Assembly (NCBI GenBank): GCA_026023565.1
Contig: JAPETS010000071.1
Coordinates: forward strand, 1-64,000
Origin: Cirrosporium novae-zelandiae
Lineage: Eukaryota
Direction: 5' to 3'
DNA: 64,000 bases
This document shows positions 18,729 through 34,362 of this stretch, piece after piece. The position numbers and the translations under genes are program-made. Under the pieces are notes generated by a model. It searched no databases and had not been told where the DNA came from. It was given only the letters and a program-made list of their open reading frames with translations. Within the stretch, counting starts at the first letter, position 1. Every line of letters starts with the position of its first letter.

Positions 18729-20609
18729 TATCGACAGGTTGAATAGTTGGTCGAATCGTTAGTGTCTGAACACCTGGTTGATTGCAATTCTTTTGAAGCT
18801 GAAATTTGAACTTGACAGTCAGCTTGAAGCAGGAAGAGGTTGGGAATAAAAGAAATCATTTCCAGTTTGAGACATGATGAATTTTGTGACTGAAATTCAC
18901 TACTGGGTTGCAATTCTCAGATTCAAATTGTTTGCAAGTTAATGTCATAGACAATCTTCGTCAAGGGCTTTTTTGGTCTTGGTGGTTGGAGTTGCTAACC
19001 ACACAATTTTACAAGACATGTGTTGTTGGAATGTAGAAATTGTGATTCACAATCTTGAGAAGAGAGACATGGCGTTGGTACAATTCCAAACGGTTGGAGA
19101 AGAAGATGCATAAACTGAGGTGGCGCATGATTGATGAATGCCAAAATCCGAGGAATGCGTTGTTTTGATTGCCAGGTTGGTTTTCTTCTAATTATCATCT
19201 ACTTTTGGACTTTTGTTTGGTGTGTGTGTGGTGGTGTGCATTCAAAAGCCCCGTCCTCCGGGCTGGCTGCTGGCTGCTGGCTCCTGGCTGCTGGCTCCTG
19301 GCTGCTGGCTCCTGGCTCCTCCTGATGATGTACTGAGCTGTGTAGAATGTAGAGACAACTCCTTGCTCCATATTATTATTATTAGTAGTCGTCGTAGTTA
19401 CAGTGGATTACTACTTAGCCGGTAATTTGCCAATATTAATAAAGTGATGATGATAATAATAATAATACTAGACGGTACAGCCGAACAAGGAAGATCTGAG
19501 GTCTAAAGGTCAGCTGCAGGATCATACTCCTCATCCTACCGTGAGGACTTGTAAAGAAAAGAAAAAAATCTTTTTTATTTTTTTCCCGTTGATTGAGATT
19601 TTCGGGTTGGTGTGTTGTGTCCGGTAAGGTGTACAGTAATCTTTCAAATTAGGATTATTGGTCGGTTGTAAAAGGGCTGTAAGGATTATTGGGATTATTG
19701 GCAGATTTTCCATTGTGTTGCGCCAGTGCCATGACCGGCCAACCTAGAAAAGTACCCTGGGGCGGTAAAAGCAAAAATCGCAAGATTGTCGAAATTGGCC
19801 GAAGAAAAAAAACATGTGTTGAGTAACTAACAGGTAATGATTTCTTACACACAAGAAAACAATAATACAAGAAATGAGAATGGTTTCTCTAGTAAACTTG
19901 AAGAATAATTTGACAAAATCCATGGATGGATTTTACTTCCTATTCACATCTATTTCTGTCCGACTATTTACAGAATTTACATTCCGAGCAAACAACAGAC
20001 GCTGGAGGTGTTGAGGTGCCTCAGAGTGCCTGGGAGTGCCTGAGAATGCCTGAGGTGTTGGAAGTACTGGCCTGAGGTGTCTATTGCCGTCCCTTGATTG
20101 GCTCAGCTGGTACCTCTGGCTTATGTAATGCTTGAAGTTTGTCCCAAAAAGGTAAGGCTTGTAAGTGTAAAATAAGTGCAAGTTGGTCGCGGTCGTGAAA
20201 GAGACCTACTCCTGGGATCGCTTAGAGCCATAGCCAGAGCTTGGAAGATCGAAAGTGCCTCTCGGTCCTTACGAGTTTACCTATCCGCGTGTTCCAACGA
20301 AATAACTCTCACGCAAAATGAAACCCACCTTCATCAGCCTTCCTGTCCATCCTCCCTCCCTCCTCCTTTACATCTCCTTCCACCATCGCCATCACCAACA
20401 CCATCCACCTTGATACCCCAAAACATATATCTCAAACTCGAACACAACATGTCCAGCTGAGATAGGAAAACTCCCCTATCACTCTAAAATCCTCTTTCAC
20501 CACAAGCTTTCCCCTTTGTTCCTTCGCTCAGGCCAGCGATCAAGGCATAATTTGAAAGAGTCTACTCCACCATCCACCAAACCACCACATTTTCTCCTTC
20601 GTCATCATC

Positions 20610-21514
20610 ATGGCAGGTCCAAGTCCTCTACGCAAGGTCACCACTCCACCGGCCGACCGACCGAATAAGTCGACAAAGCCTTCCAAGATGGTGACACTGA
20701 ACCTCCCATCTGAGACATTGAAACGCTTTGCCGATCCTACAAAAGAAGACGAAACCAAATCGTCTTCCCCTTCGACTACTTCTGGTGCTGCTGAGAATAC
20801 CAAGTCAAAATCTCCCTCTGACAATGGGTCGGAGCCCTCCACCACACCAGCTCCCTCAACTGACCCTTCGCTTACTCCACACGGTACAAAGAGAAAGGGA
20901 GCTCCGGGTCTTAATAAGCCTAGTGGAAAGAGAGCCAGCGGTGTTGGTGCCGATGGAACTCCTAAGCCAAGAGGTAAACCAGGTCCCAAGAAGAAGCCAA
21001 GATTGTAAGTATTCGTGCTGTCATATTCCAAGGCAGTTTGCTGTCTTCCCATACATCTTTTACTCTACTTTCCCTTTCACCCACCTAAGTAGGAGCTTCC
21101 ACTGACAGCTTTAACAGAGAGGATGGTACAATTGATCGAAGCGCTGAAGGTGTCAAAACAACATTCCATCCTGTTGCACCTTTACATAAGCTTGGACCCA
21201 AGGCCAACCAAGGTGCGATTAATGAAAAGCTACGAGCACTCGACCGATCGGGGAAACCTTGTCGAAAATGGGCCAAGAAAGGTTTTCAGATCAAGAGCTT
21301 TACTGGTGTTACATGGGAACTTCCTTCCTGGAGAGCGCCTAAGAAGCAAACGGAAGACGGCACCGATTCCCCGGATGTCGTCATGAGTGATAGTATCAGC
21401 AAAGACAACAGCAGTGCAGTTCAGAGCGAGAAGAGCAACAATGGCGGCGAAGAGGCTAACAAGGGCATGGATAGTGTTGCTGGTACTCCCATGACTGTCG
21501 CAGCTTCTGCTTGA
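20610..21514 (+). CDS. IES4: INO80 chromatin-remodelling complex subunit Ies4; intron 21005-21117
   Basis: The spliced product reads KPRGKPGPKKKPRL|EDG...HKLGPKANQGAINEKLRALDRSGKPCRKWAKKGFQIKSFTGVTWELPSW, typical of the fungal Ies4 family. Confidence 0.85.
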
Positions 21515-22664
21515 ACTTGATGGCTGGACATTAGTTCGATGCTCCTCATTATCGACTCTAGGGACCTACGAAAATCACATCGGTATCCCGCATTTTTCTT
21601 ACTACTTTTCTTCGGGCAAGTGTGGGATCTCTGACTTGATTTGAACCCTTCATGTACTTTAAAAGTTTCCCGTTTGGATGTGTATCATTAGGGTTTTTAA
21701 TGGCGTTTTCATCGGCGGGATTTACACAATTGTTACTACATGGTCAGAACGGATGCAGGGCGTTCACAGGGAAGGCTGGCTTTATCCTGGATTGTATGTA
21801 AAGCACATCTGGTCTTATTTCGATATGGATACCATGGCGTTATGGCTGCGGATGTCAATGGACTTGGGAAAAAAGGAGAGGGTACAGATAGGTGTTCGAC
21901 AACTCGAATAGACATTCTCGACAGAGAATAGAATGAGCCAAGGCTTAAAGCTCAATGCAAACAATTTGCCCATTTATTGTTTTAGTGCATGAGTATAGTA
22001 AATTCTTGCTTTCAGAGTTCACCGCTATTATCTTTCGGCGAATCCAGCTGATCACGAGGGCTGAGGCTGGCATTAACTTGAAGTCATCATGGTAAAACTA
22101 TACACGTGAAGGCGGAAAAATTCCAGCATTGCATTAATCTACCAAAGAGCTATCCAGGATTAATTTCGACGTAAACCGTTTTATATTTTTTGTTGCAGGC
22201 GAAGGGAGACGGATACCAGAAGGCCCATGAATACCCCAGAGTCCCAAGTTTTTTAACTTAGGAACGGCTCTATCCACGTAGTTGGCCCCTCAAAACCTAC
22301 ATCACCCGACTCCGGCATCCAACCCTCAAACGACGCAACGTCCTTCGTTCGTCATGCTTGTTGATAGCTCTTTAACAATAATTTTTGATTGTTTCCAACT
22401 GCCATTAATGGCGTATATTCTACCTTGAAGATTCTGGAGCTCTTTGTTGGGTTTTCCTTCCTCGGACTCTAACATCTCCGGCTTGATCGAGACATTTAAT
22501 ACACCTGAAGGGAATTTGAGTCTTAATCCCAAGAATAGACATTGGAGGAAAAACATCCCAAAAAAAAATACAAAATCGGAAGGCGGCCGTAGCTTTCTTA
22601 ATATTGATTAGACACCACCTTCAACGTCCATAACTCTGTCATTCTTGCGACTGGTGCTCAGAAG

Positions 22665-25145
22665 ATGGCAAATCCACTTCCCTCAGGCCCACCTTCCTAT
22701 ATAGCTGGCGCCCCAGTACCTCTCAACGCGATGCCTCGAAGAACATCGTATGCTTCTATTGTTTCGGGTATAACAACAACCCCTCAAACATATAGCCAAC
22801 CCGCACGGTCAGGCGCATTCGCACATCTTATGAATCCGAGTTCTCCGACTGCTTATAATTCATCATATCGGCCAGATTACAGTATCCCAAGAACGTCTAA
22901 CGTCTTCGAAATGGACGGATTAGAGAATAGCCCCGCTGATGGTTCTTGGGCGAGAGGGGGTCCTTTACCCCCATACTCGAGGCAGTTTGCAAACTTAAAC
23001 ACATACGGGTTATATGGATTCAGCGGTACTCCGCCACCGAGCTTTTTTATCCCCACCTATCTTCGAAAATCGAGATATGTTGAGCGCCTGGAAGAGGCAT
23101 ATAAAGCCCAAGTTGCACTGCAAAAGGAAGCTTCGAACCGTCCTTCCTTATCTACGAGCTCGAGCAGTGTAAATCTTCATAGAATGGCTCCATCGCACCG
23201 TGGGATGACGTACGACATTATCGAACACCACCCTCCACTTTTAGACGAAGATTTAACACCTTTACCTTCAAGATGGTCTGAAACGGATAAAAATGGAGGA
23301 TTACACATCGAGAGTGATGATTTAGAAGTTCGATATGTGGGACCACCGGTAAAACCACATGAGCACGAAGCTGCGGCAACAAGGGCAGACTATCCAATGC
23401 CTCCAGAAATTGGAATATATTATTATGAAGTGACAATTCTTTCCAAGGGGAAAGAAGGGTAAGTATTACTCATTTTCTTCCCACATCACCCGGCAGAAAT
23501 TCATTTTGACGCTGACCTTAACACAGGATGATCGGTGTCGGATTCTCCGGCCAAAAAGCCTCTCTCGAGAGGCTACCAGGATGGGAGCCAGATTCATGGG
23601 CGTATCATGGAGATGACGGGAAGGTTTTCTGTTGTCAGAGCACAGGAAAAGCTTTTGGTCCTACGTTCACCACCGGGGATGTAATAGGTTGCGGGGTCAA
23701 TTTTTCCACAGGAGTTGCTTTTTATACAAAGAATGGAGTTTTCCTCGGTGAGTCTGCGACGCAATTGTTTTTCGTGGCTTTATTGCTCATGAGTTTAGGT
23801 CATGCGGCTCGGGATTTACCAAATGTGAAATTATTTCCTTCCATTGGTATGAAAAAGCCAGGCGCTCATATACGGGTAAATTTCGGTCAAACGCCGTTTT
23901 CATTTGACATTGATGGAATGATGGCTGTAAGTACATCCTATATTATTGTTAGATGATATCTAACGACAGCAGCGCGAACAATATAATATACAGGAGGAGA
24001 TAGCCAGCACACCGTTACGGCCAGAATTCGCCAAGGATGAAACCTCGCTCATCCAAGAGCTAATCGCACAGTTTCTTTCTCATGATGGCTATGTAGAGAC
24101 CGCTCGAGCTTTTACGGAGGAAGTTCGAGCGGAAGCAAAAGCCCTTAACAAAAGTGAAGTCTCTGTAGATAAGTACTTCAAAGATGAAGACGATGTGGAC
24201 GCCATTCATAGGCAACAAATCCGCTCTGCCATTCTCGAGGGAGACATTGATAAAGCCCTTAAATATACAGATACCTACTATAAGACCGTATTACAAGAAA
24301 ACCCAGATATCCTATTCCGTCTTCGCTGTCGCAAGTTTATCGAAATGTTAAGAAAATGCTCAGAGGTCCAATCTGCTTCGGGTAATTCGTCCATTCAAAC
24401 ATCCCGACATTCATCCCACCAAAAAGCATTTCAGGGGACTTTTCCGAAGGAAAACCTCTGTGCGATTGAAGATGACCACGACTCTGAAATTGGTGATTTC
24501 TCCCCAGAGATGGAAGTTGATACCAACTCCACAAATCCCAACGCCACCAACGCCACCACTACATCAACGGTCACCCTTGCGGATGATAATGATGAACCTA
24601 TGCACGATACCGACTCCGCATCCTCTGACATGTCCACCTCACCTCCCTCGCCGACGCTTCTTCCAATGAGCGCGCCCAACCCCAATCTCACCACCACAAC
24701 TTTCAAACCGTCTTCAACCAAATACCACGAACTACTACAAGCGGCAGTGGAATTCGGCACCGAGCTACGACTGGAGCACCGAGAAGACAAGAGAAAGGAA
24801 GTGCAAAAGACGCTAGAGGATACATTCAGCTTGCTAGCTTATAGCGACCCGAAAGAAGCCGTATTTGGACATTTACTAGAGGAGAGTGGGAGGGTAAGTG
24901 TTGCGGAGGAGTTGAACGCTGCGATTCTAGGTTCGTATAATCCCTGTGAATTTGGTGTTTCTAGAAAGGGGTATTAATGCTAACGTTGGATCCAAGTGAG
25001 TCTAGGCAAATCTTCTGCGGCGGCCCTGGAACGCATGTACCAGCAAAGCGAAGCCCTAGTTGACTTATTAAGCGAAGACGGTGGACCCGGGGCGTTTATC
25101 AATGTACGGAAGGATTTCTTGGAACCTGCAAGGCATGATTTGTGA
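22665..25145 (+). CDS. Ran-binding protein M / Gid1(Vid30)-like SPRY-LisH-CTLH-CRA protein; 5 exons
   Basis: SPRY domain (ADYPMP..GIYYYEV, LPGWEPDSWAYHGDDG, FGPTFTTGDVIGCG), LisH (LIAQFLSHDGYVETARAF), CTLH (RQQIRSAILEGDIDKAL) and CRA (FSLLAY.DP, VAEELNAAIL|VSLGK). Four GT-AG introns. Confidence 0.92.
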
Positions 25146-26187
25146 ATTTTCACACGCAAGCCAAAGCCAAAGTCATACCTTTAGGAATGGGAAAATGGAA
25201 CAATGGAAATGAAATGGAATTGATATTGATTATTGATATTGAATGGCCTGGGTTTTTTCTTTTTTTTTTTTCAAACGGAGTAAAAAACGTTTACATTGCG
25301 TAAAGGGCGAATGGATTGATTGTTCTGGGGGATATTTTTGTTAGTTTGTTGAAGCATTCCTCTTTTTTTTGTGTGTGTGTGTGTAGTCTTCTTATTCTTT
25401 CCCAGGGAGATGAGATACTACGAATTTATCAACAAGTCAAGAAAAACGAAAGGAAAGGAAAGCAAAGAAAGGAATGAGGAGATGCCAAACTTGAATAATT
25501 ACAGACCGGTCAGTATAACAAGGGGTTTCGCTATTATCATTATTTTCATGGATATGGATATGGATATGGATAGCGTGTCTCCTTTTTCTTCTTCTTTCTT
25601 TTGGTGTATGGTGTGGATCTGTCTGTTATGAGGGAGGGGGGAAGGGTCTTACGGTTGTTTGTTACTTGCCAGTGAAGGTTATTGAGCGGGGAGAGTAGAG
25701 GGGGAGGGGAAGGAGGGAGAGGGAGAGGGAGAAATATGTACTGTATACATGCCCGACCATGTCAACGAAAGTATGTAGTTAGCTTAAGCACTCATCCATT
25801 CCATTCCATTTTATGGACGGGGGGGATATGGGAGGGATTATGGGGAATATGGGGGGAATAAATTGAATTTGAAATAATGTTTGAAATTAGGGTTAAGCGA
25901 TGGTCTCTACTAATGACTCCCTTCTTCCCTTTGATGTTTATATTTACACTTGTACTTATATACCGATGTAGCTAAAGTGAGAAGGAGAAAAAAGGGAAGA
26001 AAAAGGGGAAAAGGGGGAGGGAGTATCTATTAGATATCTGTATAGACCTACCTACCTACCTATCTATCTATCTATCTAGGTAGCTTAATTATGTTATACC
26101 AACCAAGCACACACATATATATATATACGTACATACTCCAATTATCCAACCTCCCCCCCCTTTCCCCCTTAGAAACAACAAACACCA

Positions 26188-26223
26188 GAAGAAGAAGAAG
26201 AAGAAGAAGAAGAAGAAGAAGAA
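26188..26223 (+). repeat. (GAA)n microsatellite inside a low-complexity convergent intergenic region
   Basis: About 12 perfect units visible. Confidence 0.9.
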
Positions 26224-27746
26224 AAAAACAACAACAAGTTATTAAAGATATGAATAAGTAAATAAATCTTCTTCTAATAATATTTCTTTCTTTTTTTTAT
26301 ATTGTGAATACCGGAACTAAGTTTATGAGTTTAGTAATTTTTTTTTTGCCTATAGGTAGGTAGGTAGGTAGGTAATTAAAGGATAGAAGAATAGGAAATG
26401 GGAAAAGATGGGAAGGGAGAGAGAGAGGGATTGATGGATAAATGGATATGGTGTGGGGTTAGGTTGAGTAAGTTGGATTATTAATTCAATCGTCCTGATT
26501 TGTTGGATTTGCTTGTTTTTTTACAAGTAAGGCAAATAGGCAAAAGCACAAAAAGATGACTTGACTATAGATATAGGGTTGGGGATTTATAAAAAAAAAA
26601 AACTCTACTCTTCTACTTTTTTCTAGCCTACGAAAAAAAAAAACAAAAAAACCCCCCTAAGCAGAAAAATCTTTGATATCTCTTTTCCCTTTTCCTTTTC
26701 CCCTCGATAACTCCGGTTCTTACTTTGTTACTTCTGCGGATGAGGAGAGGAGAGGAGAGGAGGGTAGGTAGGTAGGTAGATATCTAAATGATTGATCCAT
26801 TCATTCATTCATTACCGCAACCGGACGCATCCGATTTGATCTGATCTGATTTGGTTCTGATTCCGTTTACTAGTGATTTTTCTTTCTTTTTTTTTTTTTT
26901 ACACAAGGACAGGAACGGGACGTTGACGTTAACATTTCCTTTTTCCTATTTTTTTTCTTTTCGTCCAGTTTATTAGATACTAGAGCTCTACTACCTTCAG
27001 CTTCCCCCCCCTCCCCCCCCAGTTTACTTAGTTACTAATTACTATCGATTAATTACTGTTTATCGTGATCACTTTCTAGTTTGGGTTGAGTTTACTAAAA
27101 AGTAATAATTTCCTTTTTGTTCGTTCTGTTCATTTCATTTGCTTTGTCTGTCGTTATAGTTATGTACTGTACTGTACGTACATAAAAGTCCGTAAGTTAG
27201 TCTGTTGTCTGTAATTTTTCCTTTCCCTTTACAAAAAAAAAATTCTCGTCGTTAATTCCCATGCATCCAGCATCCAGTCTATCTCATTGCATCCATGCAT
27301 TTCATTCCATTCATTACCAACAAAAAAAAGGGGAAAGAAAAAAACGAAAAGGTAATCCATTCCATGCAATGCAAAAAAACTTGTACAATGCTTTGGTTTG
27401 GGGGTATCTAAGATATGCGTTTGTTAAAAGGGAAGAAAAGAAAGAAGAAATGGGATTAGGGGATTGTGGGGATTAGGGATTATGGGGATTAGCGAAGGTG
27501 GGTTTGGGGATAAAGAAGGGGGGAGGTATATGTATGTGTGTGTGTAGGTATGTGTGGGTTGGGCTGAGAGTGGTATGTTGGTCGAAGTTGAATTGAAGAA
27601 TGGGCTGGGTGATGCGATGCGATGGGATAAGATTGCAAGCGATCGGAATGCAAAGAAAAGGCATCGGAAGCGACAGCGATACAAAGAACGATATCAATGG
27701 ATATCATACGCAGCCTTTTTAAGCAACGCAATCACAGCACCACCAT

Positions 27747-29166
<1,420 letters not shown>

Positions 29167-30142
29167 TTTGAGTTCTCCCTGGCTCTTCTTGATGATGTTT
29201 GGTCTCTTGTATGTGTGGTTGAGATGGGAAGTTGACCTCTGGAAGAGAGTGTAGGTATGTGGCAGGTAGGTATATGACAGGTATCAGTGAATATGAGATT
29301 GAGCTGTGAGTTTTATGTACGAATTCACGTCTGTGATGGAAGGGGTTTGGATGAAAACAAATAAGAAGACCGAGGGCACTGAATGCGGAAGAGTCAAGTT
29401 CCTAAAAATGATTCTGCATCTGGATACTGGATGGCTGGGAACGCAATACAATGCAACAAGCTTAATGGACTGGGAAGATTGCCTACATGTTCTGGGGGAA
29501 CCAGGATCTCTTTAAGCCTTGGAATATCTACGTTCACGGAGCAGCATGGACGCGGACTGGAATGAATTGCAGATGCATTGTCGCTATTCTCGTATGCCGA
29601 GCTGACCAGTCCGGTGATGTATTGTACAGCAGCAAAAAGACTGATGAACAACAAAAAAACATCTATACCAGAAGGAAATTAGTTGAGGACGCCATGTTAT
29701 GGTTGATGGCATTGCTGGATGGGCATTGCTGGCATTGTTGACATAGCAAATGGGGCAACTGGACAAATGGGCAAAATTGTGGATACTGATCCCACTGTCC
29801 ATCTTCTTCGTCCGATTTGTTGTTTATGAAAAATAGCCAAGATATTTCTGAGCTGGGGGAATGCATTCTAGTGGCGGGAGATGTTACCAGTAAGTAGACG
29901 ATACATGGATAGCTGGTCAACTATCACCAGAAATCCGCATCAACCTCGGGAAATCTCTTCCCAGTTTCAGGATGGCGGAAGTAGAGGATACACCCAAAGC
30001 ATCTACTTGGGTAGAGGTAATACACAACAAATAACTATTCTCTCAATGCATTTTATTTGCAGGTCACATTGACTGTCACTCGGCATTCTAGAGGCATGTC
30101 CACGAAGACGATTAGGAGAATTCAGAATCATAACAGTGATCG

Positions 30143-30535
30143 GAATGACCAGAATGACCAGAATGACCAGAATGACCAGAATGGCCAGAATGATTTTTTT
30201 ATTTTATTTTTTGTGGCATCGGAATTCATACCAGGTGTTGTCATTGGCCAAGGAATATTTTTTTTTCTTTCCAGATTTCCTTTTAGCTTGATTCTTTTTA
30301 TCTTCTTTGCTGTACAACACAAAGTCCCCGTAAGAAACGGCGTTGGTTAGGTGTTAGTTAGGTTAGTTAGGTGTTAGTTAGGTTAGTTAGGTGTTAGTTA
30401 GGTGTTGGTTAGGGGTTGGTTAGGTGTCCCTTGGCTTGTCCCCTGGGTGTTCTTGGCCAGGGTTGGTTGGTGTGGTTGGGCTTGGCTGAAGTTGGCTTGA
30501 AATCGGCTGAAATTGGCTGAAATTGGCTGGTTTGG
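30143..30535. repeat. Cluster of short tandem repeats: (GAATGACCA) x~5, a GTTAG/GGTTAGTTA array and (GGCTGAAATT) x~4
   Basis: Directly visible in the divergent exgA/ALDH intergenic region. Confidence 0.85.
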
Positions 30536-32633
30536 TTCCAAATCATTCTCTGGTTCGTCCGTTCCCCTCTCTAATTAATTAATTATTCCCGTTGCCGCAG
30601 CCACGTTAAAAAGTCGCTGCATAAAAACATAACAACTCACCTTGCCTATTTAAGTATAGCTTTTGTGTGCCTTTTTATGTTTAATTAATTAGTCTAATTA
30701 ATCCTGGACTCGACTGGACTCGACTGGACTTCTAACATGATTCCCCCGCTTTCTTGTCCTCTTTATATTCATCATATTGGCCAACTAACTCTACCCCCTC
30801 CCAACCTCCCCAGTCGGTTCCTACAGCTTACATGGAGTTACATTCTGCAAAATTTCAAGCGAGAATAATTCTCTGCAGGTCCATCCCTCCACGTACAAAA
30901 CTTATTCCAAGGTTACCTGCACGTTTCAAATGATAAGCTTTCAAAGGTATTTTATGACGCACCGATCGGTACGAATTCGGGCATATATACTAAGGTAGGT
31001 ATCAATTGTTTTAGTGTAACAATAAGATCCTCGCCCTTTGTTTCTCGCTCGAATCTTCCCAAGGTTGTAGCAACAAGAGTAAAAAAAAAGCCTAAGGGTC
31101 ATACCGAGGGTCATCGGTCGTTCGGGGAATACATTTGAACAACACATGACCATCAAGATCTAAAGAGCCAAAAGACAACAGGAACTGGAAAATAATAATG
31201 CAGATGTTGTAAGATTCCAATCAGGTTCAAACATATCCTACTCTTCTGTGTCACCGCCTATTCGACAATCTACCACTTAGCTACTGTCGCTGACCACCTC
31301 ACTGCTGATGCTTCCTTCTGGTTCCTTGTGGATTCTGGTGGGGTTCGGCGCATCCTATATCAGAAGAGAAACCGCTCAAGCGTATTTTCCTCATGCCACG
31401 TCTTGACCGTTGGTCTAACCGGCCTGGCTTGCCCATGTGATGATTCTTCTCTTGTTGCAAGGAAACCACAAACATATACTATTGACTAGAACCATTAAGC
31501 TAAAAATTGAATACCCCGCAACTCCAGAAAAATGATCATCATGGAAGCCTTGAAAGAACGCTTAAATGCGGGGAATATCCGCCTTACCATGAAAGGCGGA
31601 AATTCCGTCTATCACAAGTAAATAAAGGGTAAAGGGAAGAATAGAGGACGGGTGACATCCTCATCATTCTCTACAAGTAATGAAGATGGGCCTCGATGAT
31701 GCAGGTGCATCATTCATTGTGTTGCAGTGAAAACCTCACTATCCTGCCACGACAAGCAGCTTGAATTATAAGACCCTAAATGGCCTGCTTTCGTCATGCG
31801 ACATTGCTTGAGGCTGTCTTTGCTGTGGCCAATATGTTGCACACTTGAATGAATCCAACGACTATTGAAATATTTCCCTCTTTGTTGCTTATGGCTCATG
31901 GGTCAATAGTATATGAGATAGATTACGATGACCCTGTTTAATTTCGTGCTGTCTCGTCTCTTTTTGCATAGTGCTAATTTATTGTCTGATGTTTCGGGCT
32001 TCTGCTGTAGTGAACGCCAAAGCCTTCAGGGATATCTTCCGGACTTAATTTGGTTGTGTTTAAGATGTCTTGCTGGTCCCAGCAGGTCTCAGCCCATGAC
32101 ATATCCTGTGTATCATCAATTCAAGAACATGGATTGAATAGATATATCTTACCTTGGTAGTATGGGTATGGTGCTGGTGTAGTGTGTTGATTTTCTTTCT
32201 CAGATGCTTACTGCCCGTCGTGCCAGTGTAGTTTCTCAGGTTCTTGGTCTCTTAGTCTTTTAGTCTGTGAGTCTCAGAGTCCCAGAGTCTCTCAGTTCAA
32301 GTTCCCGAGGTCTTGGGCTTGTTCGTAGTGGAGCCGAAGCCGAGATTCTGCAGTTATTGCCGCATCTTTAGCCGACATCGGTAAACGGAGATTGTCCACC
32401 CGGGCCTGGCGGGGAAAACGAGATCTCGCCCATCAATTCGGTCTTTGAGATTGACTTCTCCACCAAATTTATCATGGTCTTTGAAAAGAGGTACGTCGAG
32501 ATGATTAATCTTTCTGCCAATCCAAACACTCAAATGCCTCAATTATCTTCATTTCTTTTTTCTTTTTTGTCTGCGCAATCTTGTCTCAGCCATATTCATC
32601 TAGCAACATAATATTTTTTTTTCTCTTGCAGAA

Positions 32634-34362
32634 ATGGCGCCATCGGCAACCGACACGTCTAACGGCGATAGCGATAGCATCCCCACCATTCCACTCCAGA
32701 TCAACGGCGAAGAAGTTAAGACCGCTACTTCATTTCCTATAGTGTCCCCTGCTACCAAGAAAAAAATTTGGTACAGCAGCAGCGCCTCCGTCGATGATGC
32801 CATCCGCGCAACAGAAGCAGCTCAAGCTGCGTTCCCCTCGTGGTCGAGGACCAAGGCCGCCTATCGTCGCGACATTCTCCTGAAAGCAGCTTCGTTGATT
32901 GAATCGCGAAAGGAAGAGTTGATTGATTATATGCGACAAGAAACGGGGGCGGAAGATTTCTTTGCCAGAAATTTTAACATTCCACTGTCGCAAGAAATAG
33001 TCAGAGATGTTGCAGGGAGGATAGCGGTAGCCATAGCTGGGAGCGTGCCAGAGTCTGCCCATAATGATACAAATGCAATTGTGTATAAAGAACCGTACGG
33101 AGTTATACTAGCAATTGCACCATGGTACGGCCCTCCTCACCTACCACATCTCTCTTTCTCTCTCTCTCTCTCTCTCTGTCATTTACTACCTAACCCCTAC
33201 CGCCCTCCACCAAATTCGAACTAACCCTCCTCTAGGAACGCCCCCTACATTCTCGGTATCCGTAGCATCGTCTACGCCCTCGCCGCCGGAAATACCTGCG
33301 TGCTCAAAGGACCCGAACTCGCCCCACGGTGTTACTGGGCCATCGGCTCCATCTTCGCCGAAGCCGGGCTCCCATCGGGGGTTCTCAACGTAATAATCCA
33401 CCGGGCCGAAGACGCAGCCGAAGTGACTAACGCGCTCATCGCGCACCCGGCAATTCGGAAGGTAAATTTTACGGGGAGCACCAACGTCGGAAGCATTATT
33501 TCTAGCACCGCGGGCAAGTATTTGAAACCTGTGTTGATGGAATTGGGTGGGAAGGGGAGCGTGATTATTTGCGAGGATGCGGATCTGGAAAAGGCAGCAA
33601 AAGAGTGCGCACTGGGGAGTTTTTTGCATGTGAGTTTCATCCATATATGTAGATGTATACATAGATACCTCACCACCTTCCCCCTTTTTTTTAACCTCAT
33701 CTCCCTATCCCAAAACCAAAACCAAAACCAAAAACTAACCAACCCACTAACCCCCCCAGTCCGGCCAAATCTGCATGATAACCGAAAGAATAATCGTACC
33801 GGCCTCCCTCCACTCAGCCTTCATATCGCACTTCCTCCCCGCAATAAACGCACTCTACGGCCCCTCAACCCCCGCCCCAGTCCTAATCTCCTCCGGAGCA
33901 GTCCAAAAAAACAAATCCCTCGTCCGCGACGCCCTCTCCAAAGGCGCTACCCTCCTCCTCGGCACCGCCCCCCCAGAAATCTCAGAAACCGAAACCGAAA
34001 CCGAAACAACCCTCCGTCCCCTCGTCCTCACAAACCTCACCCCCTCAATGACCCTCTACCACACCGAATCCTTCGGCCCAACCGTAAGCCTAATCCCCTC
34101 CACCTCCCTCCCACACGCGATCCAAATCGCAAACGACTCTCCCTACGGCCTCACGGCCTCGGTGTTCACGCGGGATCTGGCGCAGGGGTTGAAGGTGGCG
34201 AGGGAGTTGGAGGTTGGGGCTGTGCATGTTAATGGGATGTCGGTGCATGATGAGGCGGGGTTGCCGCATGGGGGGGTTAAAGGGTCGGGGTGGGGGAGGT
34301 TTAATGCGGGGGTGGGGTTGGAGGAGTTTTTGAAGTCGAAGACGGTTACTTGGAAGGGGTGA
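32634..34362 (+). CDS. Aldehyde dehydrogenase (salicylaldehyde/vanillin dehydrogenase-like); introns ~33125-33235 and ~33630-33759
   Basis: Motifs EPYGVILAIAPW|NAP, VNFTGST, MELGGK, H|SGQICM (catalytic Cys), ESFGP, YGLTASVFT and PHGGVKGSGWGRF. Confidence 0.93.

Noticed and set aside
25150..27700. Hidden gene or ncRNA in the long convergent intergenic region
   Set aside because: Dominated by microsatellites and homopolymers, with no credible ORF or recognisable RNA motif.
30143..30535. CRISPR-like array
   Set aside because: The repeats are directly tandem with no unique spacers, the context is eukaryotic, and there are no cas genes.
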